Part shown: in pieces, positions 33,965 through 44,420 of the stretch
Layout: every line of letters begins with the position of its first letter
Numbering within the stretch: position 1 is the stretch's first letter
Assembly (NCBI GenBank): GCA_964431135.1
Contig: CAYSIN010000005.1
Coordinates: 245-64,244, forward strand
DNA from: an uncultured Bacteroidales bacterium
Lineage (GTDB): Bacteria; Bacteroidota; Bacteroidia; Bacteroidales; GWA2-32-17
Reading direction: 5' to 3'
DNA length: 64,000 nucleotides
Notes under the pieces: generated by a model
Databases searched by the model: none
Seen by the model: the letters and a program-made list of their open reading frames with translations, nothing else
What the model was told of the DNA's origin: nothing
Made by a program: the position numbers and the translations under genes

Positions 33965-36880
33965 ATGAAAAGACAAAAAATTATACAAGGTATAATAGTA
34001 GTTTGTATAATTATTATTGGCTCATATTCAGTATTTTCACAAGATTATAAAAAGAAATTTGTTGATGCAGAATATCATTTCATGTATGAAGAATATGATT
34101 TGGCATTGCCGCTTTATTTGGAATGTTTTAAGCAGGACACATTGAATGCAAATGTGGCATATAGAATTGGCGTTTGCTATACTTTTCAAAATACACCATC
34201 CGAAAAACGCAAATCTATTCCTTACCTTGAATTTGCTTGTCAACATATCAATAAAAAATATAAGGAAGGTTCTTACCTCGAAAAAGGAGCCCCACCCGAT
34301 GCGTGGTATTATTTAGGAACGTCTTATCGCGATGCCATGCTTTTTGATAAGGCTATTGCTGCATTTAAAAAGTTTACACAAACGGTTTCTGTCAACAGTG
34401 TTTATTACATCGACTACGTAAAACGTGAAATACAGTGTACCGAAAATGCCAAACAAATCATAAAAAATCCAGTCCCCATGGAATCGCAGAATTTAAGCGA
34501 ATCGCTCAATGCACCCGAAGAAGTACAAAGTTGTCCTGTTGTTTCTGATGATGAATCGGTATTTGTATTTACTGCTGGCAATAAGAATATTTTTGGTGCG
34601 GGAATTAGTTTTAACGCTTCCAATAGCGATTATAAAATGGACGATATTTTTTATTGTAAAAAAGAAAATGGTACATGGAGTAACCCTGTCAATATTACTA
34701 AAGATATAGGTGCCAGTTCCCAGCACAGAACAGTCCCTGTCAGCATCAACGCCAACGGTTCTGAACTCTTTTTGGTTCGCGACGATAATGACGATGGCAA
34801 TATTTATGTCAGTAATTTTAAAGATGGTAAATGGACTAAAATGAAAGCATTAAACAAAAATATCAACACCAAATATTGGGAATCGCATGCTACTATTACC
34901 AAAGATGGGAATACACTCTTTTTTACCAGTGACCGTCCTACTGGTTTTGGTGGTCTGGATATTTATCGTTCCGACAAAGACGAGAAAGGAGAATGGGGTC
35001 CTGCCGTCAATATAGGTCCGACCATCAATTCCATATATGATGAAGAAACACCCTTTATTATTGGAGATAAAGGCAATTATATTTTGTATTTCAGTTCTCA
35101 AGGTCATTACAGTATGGGTGGTTTTGATGTGTTTTACAGTTCACTTTTACCCAACGGAAAGTGGACAACCCCTATCAATATTGGTTATCCATTAAATACC
35201 GTGGGCAACGATTTGTTTTATGTCCCCAAATCCAATGGTCAATATGTATTTTTCCCCTTGAACGGAAATGAACGGGGTGATGATATGGCTAAAAATAATA
35301 TTTACAAAGTTAAAGTCGATTTACCCGGTGTAAAAGTAATTGAAAAGCAGCCTGTTAAACCTGTAATTGTTACAGAAGTAAAACTTAAAGGAATGGTAAA
35401 ACTTGCCGACAATAGCACTGAGTTGCCCAAAGATGCCAGTATTACCATTTACGACAGTTTGAAAAATGTCGTTATTGAAACCGTTAAACCATCCTTGGAC
35501 AGTGGCTACTACGAAAAAAACATTCCACCAGGAAACTATAAAATAACTTATTCTGGAACTGGTTACAATCCTCATTCAGAATATGTGTACATTCCAAATA
35601 ACTATTCTAATAAAGAAATAGTAGTGGATGTTTTATTGCAACCAGTGGCCGTTTCAAAAGGTGAGTATTATGTTATACGCAGTATCTTTTTTGATTATGG
35701 CAAGTACGATTTAAGACGTGAATCACAAATTGAATTGCAGCGTTTGGTTCAATTGATGAAAAAAAATGCAAGTCTGATGGTAGAAATTGTAGGACATACC
35801 GATGCCTTGGGTAGCGACAAGTTCAATCAAAAATTGTCTGAAAATAGAGCCAAATCGGCTATTGATTATTTGGTTTCACTCGGCATTGACCATTCACGCT
35901 TTGTTGCCAAAGGGATGGGAAAAAAAGAATTTATTGCTATAAATAAAAATCCCGACGGCTCCGACAATCCAGAAGGCAGACAGTTAAATCGCCGTGTAGA
36001 AATTAAACTCTTAAACGCTGTTCCCGATAATGTTATTGTTGAAGATATTCAAGTGCCCGTTCAATTACGTTACAGAAAATATGGTAAAGTCAAGGACACC
36101 AATATTTATACTATTTTGTTAGTTAAGCAACAAGAAAAAATGGTAGATGTAAAAGATTTGAATAAACTATTGACCCTGACACAAGAATTAAAGCAGGATA
36201 CATTATTTCAGAATGTTGAAACTCCAATTAAGGACAATAAAATAGGCGATACTCTTGTTTTTACCGCTGGTGAATTTCATAATAAATCGGATGCTATGCG
36301 AATTTTAAATTTGGTTATTGACAAGGGATTTTCTGAGGCTATTCTTATATCCGAAAATGATATGGGAAATATTAAAAACGAAATCACACGCAATTATACA
36401 CAGAAAATAGAAAGCGAACAAAATGATATAAAGAAAGAATATACCATTCAGGTAAAAGCATACACATCGCCCGTTAATGTACTATCGGAATTTCCTAACC
36501 TGAAAGGAGTAAAAGAAAATTTCTGCAACGACGGTTTTTATCGCTATACGTATGGTAATTATTCGACTAGAGCCGAAGCACTAACGGCAAAAGAACAAAT
36601 TTCCGGAAACGGTTATCCCGATGCTTTTATTGTCAGTGTAGAACAGTTTAATCAAAAAATTGTTAAAAATGTTACTTTTACTATACAATTACTTTCATCT
36701 TCTACACCATTGCCTTTGATAACATTTAAGGAATTGAACAACGATGTTAAAGAAAGTATCGGCGATGATGGCAACTATAAATATACGTATGGCTCATACA
36801 AATCGATTAACGAAGCAAGAAAAAATCTTCCCAGAATAAATAAATTGGGCTATCCCGATGCTATAATTGTTCACCAATAA
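33965..36880 (+). CDS. PorE-like protein: TPR, PD40 propeller, OmpA C-like domain, then SPOR-like repeats
   Basis: TPR-like N-terminus; FFTSDRPTGFGGLDIY PD40 repeats; IFFDYGKY..GHTD..NQKLSENRA..NRRVE; C-terminal YTIQV/YRYTYG/GYPDAFIV repeats. Confidence 0.8.
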   Translation: MKRQKIIQGIIVVCIIIIGSYSVFSQDYKKKFVDAEYHFMYEEYDLALPLYLECFKQDTLNANVAYRIGVCYTFQNTPSEKRKSIPYLEFACQHINKKYKEGSYLEKGAPPDAWYYLGTSYRDAMLFDKAIAAFKKFTQTVSVNSVYYIDYVKREIQCTENAKQIIKNPVPMESQNLSESLNAPEEVQSCPVVSDDESVFVFTAGNKNIFGAGISFNASNSDYKMDDIFYCKKENGTWSNPVNITKDIGASSQHRTVPVSINANGSELFLVRDDNDDGNIYVSNFKDGKWTKMKALNKNINTKYWESHATITKDGNTLFFTSDRPTGFGGLDIYRSDKDEKGEWGPAVNIGPTINSIYDEETPFIIGDKGNYILYFSSQGHYSMGGFDVFYSSLLPNGKWTTPINIGYPLNTVGNDLFYVPKSNGQYVFFPLNGNERGDDMAKNNIYKVKVDLPGVKVIEKQPVKPVIVTEVKLKGMVKLADNSTELPKDASITIYDSLKNVVIETVKPSLDSGYYEKNIPPGNYKITYSGTGYNPHSEYVYIPNNYSNKEIVVDVLLQPVAVSKGEYYVIRSIFFDYGKYDLRRESQIELQRLVQLMKKNASLMVEIVGHTDALGSDKFNQKLSENRAKSAIDYLVSLGIDHSRFVAKGMGKKEFIAINKNPDGSDNPEGRQLNRRVEIKLLNAVPDNVIVEDIQVPVQLRYRKYGKVKDTNIYTILLVKQQEKMVDVKDLNKLLTLTQELKQDTLFQNVETPIKDNKIGDTLVFTAGEFHNKSDAMRILNLVIDKGFSEAILISENDMGNIKNEITRNYTQKIESEQNDIKKEYTIQVKAYTSPVNVLSEFPNLKGVKENFCNDGFYRYTYGNYSTRAEALTAKEQISGNGYPDAFIVSVEQFNQKIVKNVTFTIQLLSSSTPLPLITFKELNNDVKESIGDDGNYKYTYGSYKSINEARKNLPRINKLGYPDAIIVHQ

Positions 36881-36920
36881 ATATTTTAATAGTCTCAATG
36901 TTTTTGCTTAATATTTTAAC

Positions 36921-37625
36921 ATGCACGATAAAAAAATGACACCGGGAAAATTGTATATTGTTCCTACACCTATTGGAAATATGGAAGATATTACATACAA
37001 AGCCATTAGAATATTAAATGAAGTGGACTACATTTTGGCGGAAGACACACGGCAAACGTTAAAGTTGCTTCAGCATTATCATCTAAACAAATCATTAAAA
37101 TCATATCATCAGTATAATGAACATCAAATTAATGAAAAAATAATCACTGATATACATAACGGCTTGACCATAGCTTTGGTAAGCGATGCCGGTACTCCCG
37201 GTATTAGCGATGCTGGCTATCTGATAGTTAGAGATTGTATTCAAAATAAAATTACGGTTGAATGTTTACCCGGTGCCACAGCATTAATTCCTGCCGTTGT
37301 TGCCAGCGGATTTCCATGCGATAAATTTGTCTTTGAAGGTTTTTTGCCTCATAAAAAGGGAAGAAAAAAAAGAATGGAAGAAATTGCCATGCAAAACATT
37401 ACTGTTATTTTATATGAATCGCCCTATCGCCTCCTTAAAACCCTCGAAGAATTTAAGCAGATTATCGGAAACAGCAAACAGGTATGTATATGCAGAGAAC
37501 TAACTAAAATTCATGAAACTATAATAAGAGGAACCTTCGAACAAGTTATTTCCCATTTCAAAAAAAACAGCCCCAAAGGTGAAATTGTTATAATTATTGG
37601 TACAAAGTCCCATGAAGTTTTATAA
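36921..37625 (+). CDS. rsmI: 16S rRNA (cytidine-1402-2'-O)-methyltransferase
   Basis: LYIVPTPIGNMEDIT, AEDTR, VSDAGTPGISD, YESPYR, RELTKIHE. Confidence 0.95.
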   Translation: MHDKKMTPGKLYIVPTPIGNMEDITYKAIRILNEVDYILAEDTRQTLKLLQHYHLNKSLKSYHQYNEHQINEKIITDIHNGLTIALVSDAGTPGISDAGYLIVRDCIQNKITVECLPGATALIPAVVASGFPCDKFVFEGFLPHKKGRKKRMEEIAMQNITVILYESPYRLLKTLEEFKQIIGNSKQVCICRELTKIHETIIRGTFEQVISHFKKNSPKGEIVIIIGTKSHEVL

Positions 37626-37644
37626 CTTTGCAAAAAAAATAGTT

Positions 37645-38508
37645 ATGAAAAAATTTTTGTTTATTGTTTTAGTTTTTACCATGTTTTCCTGCAAAGACGT
37701 TAAGGAAGACCCTGCTTACAAACAATTATTAACCGAACGCGACAGTTTGGCTGGTTTGGTTTCTATCGATGTCTCCAAGATGAATCAATACATGTCCGAT
37801 TTTAATGATATACAGGAAAATCTGAATCGTATTAAGGAAACAGAGAAACTTGTAACCGTAAATGCTGCTGCCAATCCCGAAAATCAACCAACCGCCAAAG
37901 AACAGATAAATCAGGATATGCAATTAATCTATGATTTGTTACAGCAAAATAAAAAGACTATTGCCGATTTGAAACGCAAACTGAAAAAGTCTAACAGTCG
38001 ATTAGTAGAGTTAGAAAAAATGTTGGATAATCTGCAAAAGCAAATGGAAGAAAAAGACCAAGAAATAGCCGATTTAAAAGCCAAACTTGAGCAGATGAAC
38101 ATTAAGGTTGAAATTTTAACTTCCAATGTGGACAGTTTAACACGCGAAAACGAACAAAAAAACGAAGTTATCTCCCAGAAAACCGAAGAAATCAATACCG
38201 CATTTTATGTTATAGGTTCTAAAAAAGAACTTGCCGAACATCAGATTATCACCAAAGAAGGAGGCTTTGTGGGCATTGGTAAAATTGAAAAATTGAAAGA
38301 AGATTTCAATAAGGATTATTTCACTAAAATTGATATTACTACACTTACCGAAATCCCTATCAATGCAGCCAAAATAAAAATTATTACTACACATCCAGCC
38401 TCGTCTTACAAGTTGGAACAGAATAAAAAACAAATTGAAAAACTTACTATTCTTGACCAAAAGCAGTTCTGGTCTGTATCAAAATATTTGGTTATTATAG
38501 TAGAATAA
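37645..38508 (+). CDS. Coiled-coil lipoprotein (resembles the Cbp1-like family); start moved to MKKFLF
   Basis: Lipobox TMFSC, long heptad region, C-terminal FYVIGSKKEL..FWSVSKYLVI; -7 element TAACTTTG at 37623. Confidence 0.7.
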   Translation: MKKFLFIVLVFTMFSCKDVKEDPAYKQLLTERDSLAGLVSIDVSKMNQYMSDFNDIQENLNRIKETEKLVTVNAAANPENQPTAKEQINQDMQLIYDLLQQNKKTIADLKRKLKKSNSRLVELEKMLDNLQKQMEEKDQEIADLKAKLEQMNIKVEILTSNVDSLTRENEQKNEVISQKTEEINTAFYVIGSKKELAEHQIITKEGGFVGIGKIEKLKEDFNKDYFTKIDITTLTEIPINAAKIKIITTHPASSYKLEQNKKQIEKLTILDQKQFWSVSKYLVIIVE

Positions 38509-38511
38509 ATA

Positions 38512-39159
38512 TTGAATCATCATTATTTCTATAGCATAATTGTTATTATTTTCTTTGTTTCTATTACCCAAAGTCAGGCTCAGTCGGTAATAAATCGTTT
38601 CTTTAAACTTCCTTGTCCCGAAAAGCGGTGGGTTTTATTTCACCCGTTCGTAGCCAAAAAAGCAATGACTATTAGCGATGAAGCCATTACTGAAACGATG
38701 AAACTTACTTCAGATACAACACTTGATGGAGATTTAAACGGCGGTCAACTTGATGCTTTCAGACATTCGTTCTGGATGGCAACAATTACTCAGCAAATAG
38801 GCTCTCGCAAAGCAGTATCATTAGGTAAGGCACACGAAAAAGGGAATTACATTTATTATAAAAAACATAAAACCGAAGAAGGTACTATTCCCGATTTTGA
38901 AAGTTGTCAAATGGATTTGCAAAACAACGAAGTTGGCATTGCTGTTGGTAAAGATAATTTTTCCTGTAAAAAATCCGATTTAATAATTCTTCTTGTTTCC
39001 ATGATTCATGAAGGAAAACTATTTATTTTAAAGAAAGACCGTTTAGGAAGATATTTAACGTGCGACGAGCATTTACTCCTTTCATCACCCCATGAATGGA
39101 AATCTGGCAAATGTATTACAACCTCCAATTATAAAAGAAAAGAAATTTCAGAGAAATAA
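38512..39159 (+). CDS. DUF6973-like exported protein
   Basis: LDAFRHSFW, AHE and MDLQNNEVG motifs. Confidence 0.6.
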   Translation: MNHHYFYSIIVIIFFVSITQSQAQSVINRFFKLPCPEKRWVLFHPFVAKKAMTISDEAITETMKLTSDTTLDGDLNGGQLDAFRHSFWMATITQQIGSRKAVSLGKAHEKGNYIYYKKHKTEEGTIPDFESCQMDLQNNEVGIAVGKDNFSCKKSDLIILLVSMIHEGKLFILKKDRLGRYLTCDEHLLLSSPHEWKSGKCITTSNYKRKEISEK

Positions 39160-39192
39160 AAAAAGGCTACCTTAATAGACAGCCTTTTTTTT
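39160..39192. terminator. Bidirectional terminator between convergent operons
   Basis: AAAAAGGCT...AGCCTTTTTTTT with A- and T-tracts on either side. Confidence 0.65.
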
Positions 39193-39209
39193 ATCATCCT
39201 ATAATGCTA

Positions 39210-40103
39210 TTAATATTCCCACAAATCATGTTCAAAGGTAAATACAAAATCTTTGATTCTTTCCGATTCGAGCAAGGCATCTAACCCTAATTTGAATTCT
39301 GCAATTACACGGTTGTCATACACATTGGTTTCCTTAAAAATATAACTGCTAAAACGACGTTTAAAAAAGATATCATCAAACGTTCTTCGTTCTGAATCAT
39401 TATAGGGATTAAATACTTCATGATTGGCAAATAACGGCCTTGCAGCCTGGAAATAAATCCACATTACCTGCGTCATGGTAAGTTCCTTTTCTTCAGAACT
39501 GTCAGCAGCACTGCTTATTTGTTGCTCACCTTCGCCTAGTGCAGCCTCTTTAGCATACATTCGTATAGGGCATATTCCTATTATTCTGCATTCAAGCATG
39601 GCTCGTTGTTTGTCAAAATACCAGTATTCTTTTAATAAAATACGTGTAACTTCTTCTGGTTTTCTTTCGGTTAAAATTGGTTTAGGAGTTTGTGTCCCCG
39701 TAGTTTCATCTATAATGTAAGTAGTATCTATTTTGGCACCAAGTTTTTTGTTTACATCAGCCATTGTTATTGGTGTTGTAAATTCATCATCAATATCGCT
39801 GTATGCAGTCAAACCTTCATTTTCAATTCCATATAGTAATAATTCTGTTAAACTGTAACGGTCATCCATTTTACGAGTAGGAAAATAAAGTGGAAAATTT
39901 ATTTTCTCACGTAAATCAAGCATTCTCCATAATTTTTTACCCCACATGACATCCGCTTCACGTAAATGATGATAAGGAACCGGTTTACGTGCAGGTACAT
40001 TTTCCTTTACGTAAACACCGTCGAGCACCTCACTTTGCTTTTGCTGAGCAAAAGCACCAAAGGATATTAAACCGACTGTCATTAAAACAAATACTTTTTT
40101 CAT
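39210..40103 (-). CDS. gldN: T9SS/gliding protein GldN/PorN
   Basis: LREADVMW.K.LWR.LDLREKIN.PLYFP, WYFDKQR, FDDIF.KRRFSSYI, FEHDLWEY. Confidence 0.93.
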   Translation of the reverse strand: MKKVFVLMTVGLISFGAFAQQKQSEVLDGVYVKENVPARKPVPYHHLREADVMWGKKLWRMLDLREKINFPLYFPTRKMDDRYSLTELLLYGIENEGLTAYSDIDDEFTTPITMADVNKKLGAKIDTTYIIDETTGTQTPKPILTERKPEEVTRILLKEYWYFDKQRAMLECRIIGICPIRMYAKEAALGEGEQQISSAADSSEEKELTMTQVMWIYFQAARPLFANHEVFNPYNDSERRTFDDIFFKRRFSSYIFKETNVYDNRVIAEFKLGLDALLESERIKDFVFTFEHDLWEY

Positions 40104-40118
40104 AATAATATTGTTTTA

Positions 40119-41792
40119 TTATTGCATTTTAAAAACAATTGCAGGCAAATTTCTCACAGTGCCATCAGGCCCAACCGCTTTTACATCTTCAATATAAAGT
40201 TTTTTACCTCGCTGAACCTGATTAATCAGAGCCGTCATTTCCGCTGTAAAACGAGAACCTCTGGTGGTTGCCTGTTTACTAAATCCACCAATAGTAGAAG
40301 AAATAGTAAATTCTGAAACATTAAATTTTAAATCAAAGTCAAAATTTTCAAGCGTAGCAGAAACGCCACCTTGTGCCAACAAAACACTCTTTGGTATAGA
40401 ACCACCTTTTTTCCCACCAACAGTGGGTACTGGGTCAGGAATACGTTTTACACGAAAGTCTTTTGAGCCCATACTGCGTGTAGAACCTTTATCGTCTTTT
40501 ACCGAGACAGATATTTTTGTAGGACCCAATTTAGTAACTTTAGCAATCCATTGACCTTTACCTGAACGGAAAAGAGAACCACCTGCTACACTTGCTGAAA
40601 TTTGGTCATCTCTAAATCCAGGAACAGATATTTCTATGGGATTATCTACGCCTGTATATAATACATTCATTTTAACAGGTGAAACAACCGCCATAGGAGG
40701 TGCAACTGTGTATTCAATATTATATTTACCACCTGACTTAACAGGTACTTCTTTGTATAATCCTGTAGATGGATTAAATACTCTGATAATGGCAGCATAC
40801 GAATGACTTCCTACGCCAGCACCATCAACCTGATAATGAGCAACACCTCGCTGCATTTTAAGTGTTTTAACATTTCCTGTTAATTTTCCATTAATAGAAT
40901 CATACGAATCACCGATTAAAACTTGTGATACCGTATCGGTAGAACTAAATGCAGCAATAAATAATTCAGCATCGTATTTATCGCCTGATATTAAGTAGTT
41001 AGACTTTGGAATTACACGAGGTGCCACGGTATCAAACTTAAAGTCTGTTGCACCAATAGCGCTTAACAATGTTTTGATTATAATTGCCTCTGCATTTTTA
41101 ATTTGATTTTGAATTTGAGATAATATAGTAACTGAGGCTATAGCCGGTATTTCAGAAAACAATTCCGTTTCCCAATATCTGTCTGCTGGAAAATCTACTC
41201 TTGGGTGAGGATTATTATCCGTATTTATACTAAGATTACCTAATCCTTTTATCTGTTTTTCTTTATCCGGTAATTGTATTTTAGGATTTTTTACTAAATC
41301 AAATAAATTTTTCTTGTATTCTATTAATTTATTTTTTAACACACGTGCATTTCCTTGTGAACCATCTTCACTATTACCCAACATATAAAAATTTGGTATA
41401 TCCCGTTGGTCTTTCTCTTCAAATAAAACAAGGTCTTTGACCGCCTTAATGGCTTCTTCTTTTGGAATCCCATCACATTTCATTATTATTTCGACCTTCA
41501 TGTTCTCAACATAATCAAACATCTCTGATGTATATGCCTTTGCTTTCATGGCAGCATCAAAATATGGAGTTGCTTTTATAGGGTCATTCTGTTTGGCACG
41601 AGCAAAGGCATCATAAGTAAATCCGTTTTGTAAAGTAAAATTAATATTTGTTTTTTGCAATCCATCGTTTACCACAGCAAATGCATCCAAAATATCTTTC
41701 GATACATTCAATGCAAGCATGGCTGTATAAAACAAATACATCATTTGTATCATCTTCTGCCTCGGGGTTTCCGGACAATTGGTTGCACCCAT
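40119..41792 (-). CDS. gldM: T9SS/gliding motor rotor GldM/PorM
   Basis: ETPRQKMIQMMYLFYTAMLALNVS, MNVLYTGVDNP, FRVKRIPDP. Confidence 0.95.
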   Translation of the reverse strand: MGATNCPETPRQKMIQMMYLFYTAMLALNVSKDILDAFAVVNDGLQKTNINFTLQNGFTYDAFARAKQNDPIKATPYFDAAMKAKAYTSEMFDYVENMKVEIIMKCDGIPKEEAIKAVKDLVLFEEKDQRDIPNFYMLGNSEDGSQGNARVLKNKLIEYKKNLFDLVKNPKIQLPDKEKQIKGLGNLSINTDNNPHPRVDFPADRYWETELFSEIPAIASVTILSQIQNQIKNAEAIIIKTLLSAIGATDFKFDTVAPRVIPKSNYLISGDKYDAELFIAAFSSTDTVSQVLIGDSYDSINGKLTGNVKTLKMQRGVAHYQVDGAGVGSHSYAAIIRVFNPSTGLYKEVPVKSGGKYNIEYTVAPPMAVVSPVKMNVLYTGVDNPIEISVPGFRDDQISASVAGGSLFRSGKGQWIAKVTKLGPTKISVSVKDDKGSTRSMGSKDFRVKRIPDPVPTVGGKKGGSIPKSVLLAQGGVSATLENFDFDLKFNVSEFTISSTIGGFSKQATTRGSRFTAEMTALINQVQRGKKLYIEDVKAVGPDGTVRNLPAIVFKMQ

Positions 41793-41832
41793 AATCTTTT
41801 CCCTTTATATAATATTAATACCTTATTTCAAT

Positions 41833-42927
41833 TTATTTGGTAAAATTCATGGCTGCCAGCATATTTCCATAAATAGTATTCATGGCTGCCAAATTCTGAC
41901 TGAGTTTTGAAATTTCCTGACGATAAACTTTAACATCTTCAGCAGAGTTTTTCATGGTTTCCATCATCTCATCTATGCCGCTAAACAGTTTCTTTGAATT
42001 TTCCAAATACTCGTTAGACCCTTGCAGTTGCAATTCGTAAATAGCATTTAATGCAGTTAAATTTTTTGCCATGATTTGTAATTGCTCTGAATAGTTTTTA
42101 GATTGAGATTTTGTTGTATCAGCCTCATTAATTACTGCTTGTGATAATTTTTGATATGCTTCTGCCAAACTGCTGCCAGAATTTTTTAATATTGAATTAA
42201 ATTGATTAATCGTATTATCGGTAAGTGTTGCACCATTTTCATAAACTTGAGATAATTTTGATGTTGATTGATTTAAAGCATCGCCAAACTTTTCGGATGA
42301 CTGTTTTAATATTTCAGCAGATTTTTGAGCAGACTGATTTAACACATCACCAAACTTTTCAGATGACTGTTTTAATATTTCAGCAGATTTTTGAGCAGAC
42401 TGATTTAAATTTTCGGCAGACTGACCGTATAAATTTGCAAATTCATTCACTTTGGTTGATGCTTTTTCAAAACTTTGAACATAATTGTTAGTTGCAACTG
42501 TGGCTTCGCTAACATCAGCCAGTTTTTCGGTTGTTTGATTCAACGAACGCAATCCATTCCCAAGTTTTTCAAATAAATCGGGTGTAATTTGAGCACTGTT
42601 TAACAATTCATCAAATTTTTCTAATGCAGATTTTTTGTTACTTACACCTTTTTTTGCTTCTTCGTCTTCAATTTCATCATGCATTCCTGCCAATTCTGGA
42701 TAAGCAAGACTCCAATCCCATTCCTGATGCAAAGGTTCAAAAGCAGACATAAAGAAAATAAATGCTTCGGTTAGCAAACCTGCTGCCAACATAAATCCTG
42801 CACCTGGATAGTGTTGAATTTTGAACAATGCACCTACCATTACAACGGAAGCTCCCCATCCGTAAACCTTTGACATAAAGTTTTTCCAACCTTTGGTTGC
42901 TGTCACTTCTGAAATACTAAATCCCAT
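41833..42927 (-). CDS. gldL: T9SS/gliding motor stator GldL/PorL
   Basis: YGWGASVV.VGALFKIQH.PGA, TEAFIFFMSAFEP, WDWSLAYPEL, LNAIYELQL, NTIYGNML. Confidence 0.95.
   Translation of the reverse strand: MGFSISEVTATKGWKNFMSKVYGWGASVVMVGALFKIQHYPGAGFMLAAGLLTEAFIFFMSAFEPLHQEWDWSLAYPELAGMHDEIEDEEAKKGVSNKKSALEKFDELLNSAQITPDLFEKLGNGLRSLNQTTEKLADVSEATVATNNYVQSFEKASTKVNEFANLYGQSAENLNQSAQKSAEILKQSSEKFGDVLNQSAQKSAEILKQSSEKFGDALNQSTSKLSQVYENGATLTDNTINQFNSILKNSGSSLAEAYQKLSQAVINEADTTKSQSKNYSEQLQIMAKNLTALNAIYELQLQGSNEYLENSKKLFSGIDEMMETMKNSAEDVKVYRQEISKLSQNLAAMNTIYGNMLAAMNFTK
42269..42408. repeat. 66-bp in-frame tandem duplication inside gldL
   Basis: 42269-42334 and 42335-42400 differ at only four bases; a partial third unit follows. 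Encodes NQSAQKSAEILKQSSEKFGD(V/A)L. Confidence 0.9.
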
Positions 42928-42965
42928 AACTAAAATTTTTATAAGTTAATAATTATTTTTCCATA

Positions 42966-44408
42966 CTAATAAACTTGTGAACCTTCACTTGCATCGCGGA
43001 AATCACGTCCCAAATAGGTACGCACACATCTAAATCCTACATACGATTTTGCTGAGTCTTGATATTCATAAGAACGTGTACCGCATTGCATAAACCATGA
43101 AATATCTTTCCACGAGCCGCCACGTATAATTTTGCGTTTACGAACAGGAGGGTCATCGGGTAATGCTTCGTAAGTATAATCAGGATTTAAATCGTCGTTA
43201 TAACTGTAAGCAGCCTCCTCAAAAGCATTACTTGTCCACTCGCTTACATTTCCGCCCATATCATATATTCCATATTCATTTGGGTCATAATGTGCTACCA
43301 CCAGCATATAGATACCACCATCGGGAGTGTAAGCACCACGCATAGGCTTAAAATTGGCGACATAGCATCCTTTATAGTTCTGCGTATAATACCCGCCCCA
43401 TGGATACATACTTTGTTTTAAACCACCGCGTGCAGCATATTCCCACTCCGATTCGGTAGGTAGGCGATATTCCTGAACAAACGGTTCACCCATTGATGAT
43501 AAATAATAATCGTTTAGCAATTCTGACCTCCAATTACAAAAGGCTCTTGCCTGGCGCCATGATACACCAACTACGGGATAATTATCATAAGCCGGATGCC
43601 AAAAATATGCTCGTGCCATAGGTTCATTAAAAGAATAGGTAAAATCACTCATCCAGCATAATGTATCGGGATACACATTAACTACATCACGTATAATATA
43701 GGACGACCTGTCTTTTACAGGAATACGTTGACCTTTCGTAGGACTTTTATAGTTATAATCGGTTACTTCACCATCATACTTGTTCTCATCAAAATTCCAT
43801 GCTCTACGTATATCCTTTTCAAATTCATATTTTTTACTTGCCTGCATCAAGTCAATTCTGAAATACTCAAAATTTAATTTTCGCGTATCTATCTCCTTAC
43901 GACGATAGAATCGTTCCTGTTCGGGTAAATATAACTCATTGAGCGTTTCGCGTTGGTCAGGGTCATCCCATTTTATTCTGGCTTCCCAATTAATAAAAGG
44001 TGGATTGATGTCTTCGCCATATTCATTTTGAGTAATAAGATATTCATCATTTTGTGCTCCTAATAACTTATAAGCCATAGAATCGAGTACCCAATAAACA
44101 AATTGGCGATATTCGTTATTGGTAATTTCTGTTTCATCCATCCAAAATGATTTGATGGTAACAGTTTTTGTTTCAGCGTTCATAGACCAAGGTACATCTT
44201 GGTCAGCAGGTCCCATATTATACGAACCATCCGGAACGAAAACCATTCCATAGGGCTGAGGCTCATACCAGGGTTCCCTGTTTAATACGCCTATCAGTTC
44301 TCCATTTCCTCTATTGGAACAACCATAAAGAGAAGCCATAAGAACTAACAACGAGAAATTAATAATTTTACTCATATTTCGCTTATTTATAGAATGCTTT
44401 TTTTTCAT
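42966..44408 (-). CDS. gldK: T9SS/gliding lipoprotein GldK/PorK (true start probably MSKII at 44375)
   Basis: Lipobox LYGC; FGE-sulfatase-like MDETEITN.EYRQFV, RLPTESEWEYAARG, RGGSWKD, GFRCVR. Confidence 0.93.
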   Translation of the reverse strand: MKKKHSINKRNMSKIINFSLLVLMASLYGCSNRGNGELIGVLNREPWYEPQPYGMVFVPDGSYNMGPADQDVPWSMNAETKTVTIKSFWMDETEITNNEYRQFVYWVLDSMAYKLLGAQNDEYLITQNEYGEDINPPFINWEARIKWDDPDQRETLNELYLPEQERFYRRKEIDTRKLNFEYFRIDLMQASKKYEFEKDIRRAWNFDENKYDGEVTDYNYKSPTKGQRIPVKDRSSYIIRDVVNVYPDTLCWMSDFTYSFNEPMARAYFWHPAYDNYPVVGVSWRQARAFCNWRSELLNDYYLSSMGEPFVQEYRLPTESEWEYAARGGLKQSMYPWGGYYTQNYKGCYVANFKPMRGAYTPDGGIYMLVVAHYDPNEYGIYDMGGNVSEWTSNAFEEAAYSYNDDLNPDYTYEALPDDPPVRKRKIIRGGSWKDISWFMQCGTRSYEYQDSAKSYVGFRCVRTYLGRDFRDASEGSQVY

Positions 44409-44420
44409 ATACCATATTTT

